A DNA stretch of 34,897 nt, from contig JBBTTT010000059.1 of assembly GCA_038064095.1 (NCBI GenBank), positions 1 through 34,897 on the forward strand, read 5' to 3'. Positions within the stretch are counted from its first letter, which is position 1. The number at the start of each line of letters is the position of its first letter. The notes under the pieces were generated by a model. The model saw only the letters and a program-made list of their open reading frames with translations. It was not told the origin of the DNA and did not search any database. The translations under genes were made by a program, and so were the position numbers. Shown in pieces: positions 33,987-34,897 of the stretch. The stretch comes from Patescibacteria group bacterium. GTDB taxonomy: Bacteria; Patescibacteriota; Minisyncoccia; JACROR01.

Positions 33987-34897
33987 ATGGCCTTATTTGA
34001 TTTTTTCAAACTAAAAAAGAAAGAAAAAGAAGAAGAAAAAATTCTGCCGGTTTTTCCCGCGGAAATTTACGAAGCCGGCGCTCTGGATTTGAAAGACGTC
34101 ATCGCGCCTTCGGCTTTTGAAATAAATTCAAATTTCATAAAAATCGGCAATAAAATCGCCAAAACCATTTTCGTCTATTCCTACCCCCGCTATCTTTCGC
34201 AGGAATGGTTTTCGCCGATTATAAACCTGGACCAAATTTTCAATGTTTCCGTTTTTATCCATCCCATCAACACCGAAACGGTCCTGAAACAAATGCAGAA
34301 AAAAGTGGCGGAAGTCCAGTCGCAAATCAGCATACGCGAAGAAAAAGGGCTGGTGCGCGACCCGATTTTGGACACCTCCCTGATGGACCTGGAAAATCTG
34401 CGCGACAAACTCCAGCAAGCCCAGGAAAAACTTTTCAGCGTGGGAATTTACCTGACCATTTACGGCGACACGCTTCAGGAAACAAACCAAAATGAAGCGG
34501 AAATCCGCCATATTTTAAACGCCAAACTGATCCAGACCAAACCCGCCCTCTTCCAGCAGCAAGAAGGATTTGACAGCGTTTTACCGTACGTCACCGATAA
34601 ACTTCAAATCAATAACCGCTTTAATTCAGAACCCCTGTCTTCAATTTTTCCTTTTGTTTCTTTTGACCTTACTTCGGATAGAGGCATTCTTTACGGCGTG
34701 AACCGCCACAACAACTCGCTGATTCTTTTTGACCGCTTCAGTTTGGAAAATTACAATTCGGTTATTTTCGCCAAAGCCGGCGCCGGCAAATCCTACACCA
34801 CCAAATTGGAAATTCTTCGCTCTTTGATGTTCGGCATAGACGTGATGATTATTGACCCGGAAAGAGAATACGAATATCTGGCGGAAACCGTGGACGG
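33987..34897 (+). CDS. virB4: VirB4/TrbE-family T4SS ATPase, 3' end beyond the window
   Basis: I translated this by hand because the open-ended frame is absent from the ORF track. It reads MALFDFF...DLKDVIAPSAFEINSNFIKIGNKIAKTIFVYSYPRYLSQEWFSPIINL...VSVFIHPI...GILYGVNRHNNSLILFDRFSLENYNSVIFAKAGAGKSYTTKLEILRSLMFGIDVMIIDPEREY. It includes a Walker A motif (GAGKSYT) and the IDPEREY motif. Confidence 0.85.
   Translation, partial: MALFDFFKLKKKEKEEEKILPVFPAEIYEAGALDLKDVIAPSAFEINSNFIKIGNKIAKTIFVYSYPRYLSQEWFSPIINLDQIFNVSVFIHPINTETVLKQMQKKVAEVQSQISIREEKGLVRDPILDTSLMDLENLRDKLQQAQEKLFSVGIYLTIYGDTLQETNQNEAEIRHILNAKLIQTKPALFQQQEGFDSVLPYVTDKLQINNRFNSEPLSSIFPFVSFDLTSDRGILYGVNRHNNSLILFDRFSLENYNSVIFAKAGAGKSYTTKLEILRSLMFGIDVMIIDPEREYEYLAETVD

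Noticed and set aside
1626-34511. Many 60-150-aa ORFs in the track lie antisense to, or out of frame within, the large genes. Examples are 1626..1850, 2902..3144, 5788..6066, 11586..11999, 17890..18333, 19422..19778, 22562..22966, 23400..23855, 25623..26105, 26959..27399, 31652..32038 and 34128..34511.
   Set aside because: Each is wholly embedded in a longer ORF with clear family motifs on the other strand or frame. Their translations are low-complexity or Arg/Ser/Phe-rich, as expected for shadow frames.
1-34897. A CRISPR array or cas genes.
   Set aside because: No series of regularly spaced direct repeats was seen. The only tandem repeat (246-275) has two abutting 15-bp units inside a gene, and the inverted repeats are single hairpins.

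Overview
This is a gene-dense 34.9-kb chromosomal window. All homology calls come from motif recognition by eye; no searches were run. Tight operons, frequent lack of Shine-Dalgarno sequences, thrombospondin-type-3-repeat membrane proteins and minimal fermentative metabolism suggest an ultra-small Patescibacteria/CPR (Parcubacteria-like) bacterium, but that is inference. Left to right: a partial tRNA-Pro, yraN, an AT-rich spacer with a 31-codon ORF, and an unusually long thyX. A minus-strand block follows with thiolase, a lipoprotein, a PorG/GltD-like/PorD fusion and a PorA-PorB fusion, facing a divergent tryptophanase-like lyase. Next comes a cluster of tRNA-Arg(TCG), cca, tRNA-Pro(CGG), tRNA-Ala(CGC) and an HExxH protein, with a divergent tRNA-Arg(CCG). 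Then a SIMPL protein, a 164-bp foldback repeat, an alpha/beta hydrolase and xerC-like. Housekeeping genes follow: rpsO-NYN-pnp, a DksA-type zinc finger, comM/yifB, a LysM-M23 peptidase, pcrA/uvrD and rsmA. The last 8.5 kb (26422 to the window edge) is the most interesting part. It is a seven-gene co-directional operon with the core of a Gram-positive-style type IV secretion-like machine: VirB6/TrbL-like, PrgI/VirB3-like and VirB4. It also encodes a 1,033-aa secreted adhesin-like protein and two uncharacterised proteins, and no relaxase, coupling protein or integrase is visible in the window. The VirB4 homologue is split over two frames at an A5 run. Other notable signals: a structured inverted-repeat element with a diverged half-copy 13 kb away; a perfect 45-bp palindrome inserted in frame in rsmA; a GC-rich in-frame insert in xerC; a 17-nt box at the same position in the por and thiolase promoters; and cca flanked by tRNA genes that lack an encoded CCA. 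No rRNA, CRISPR array or transposase was seen.
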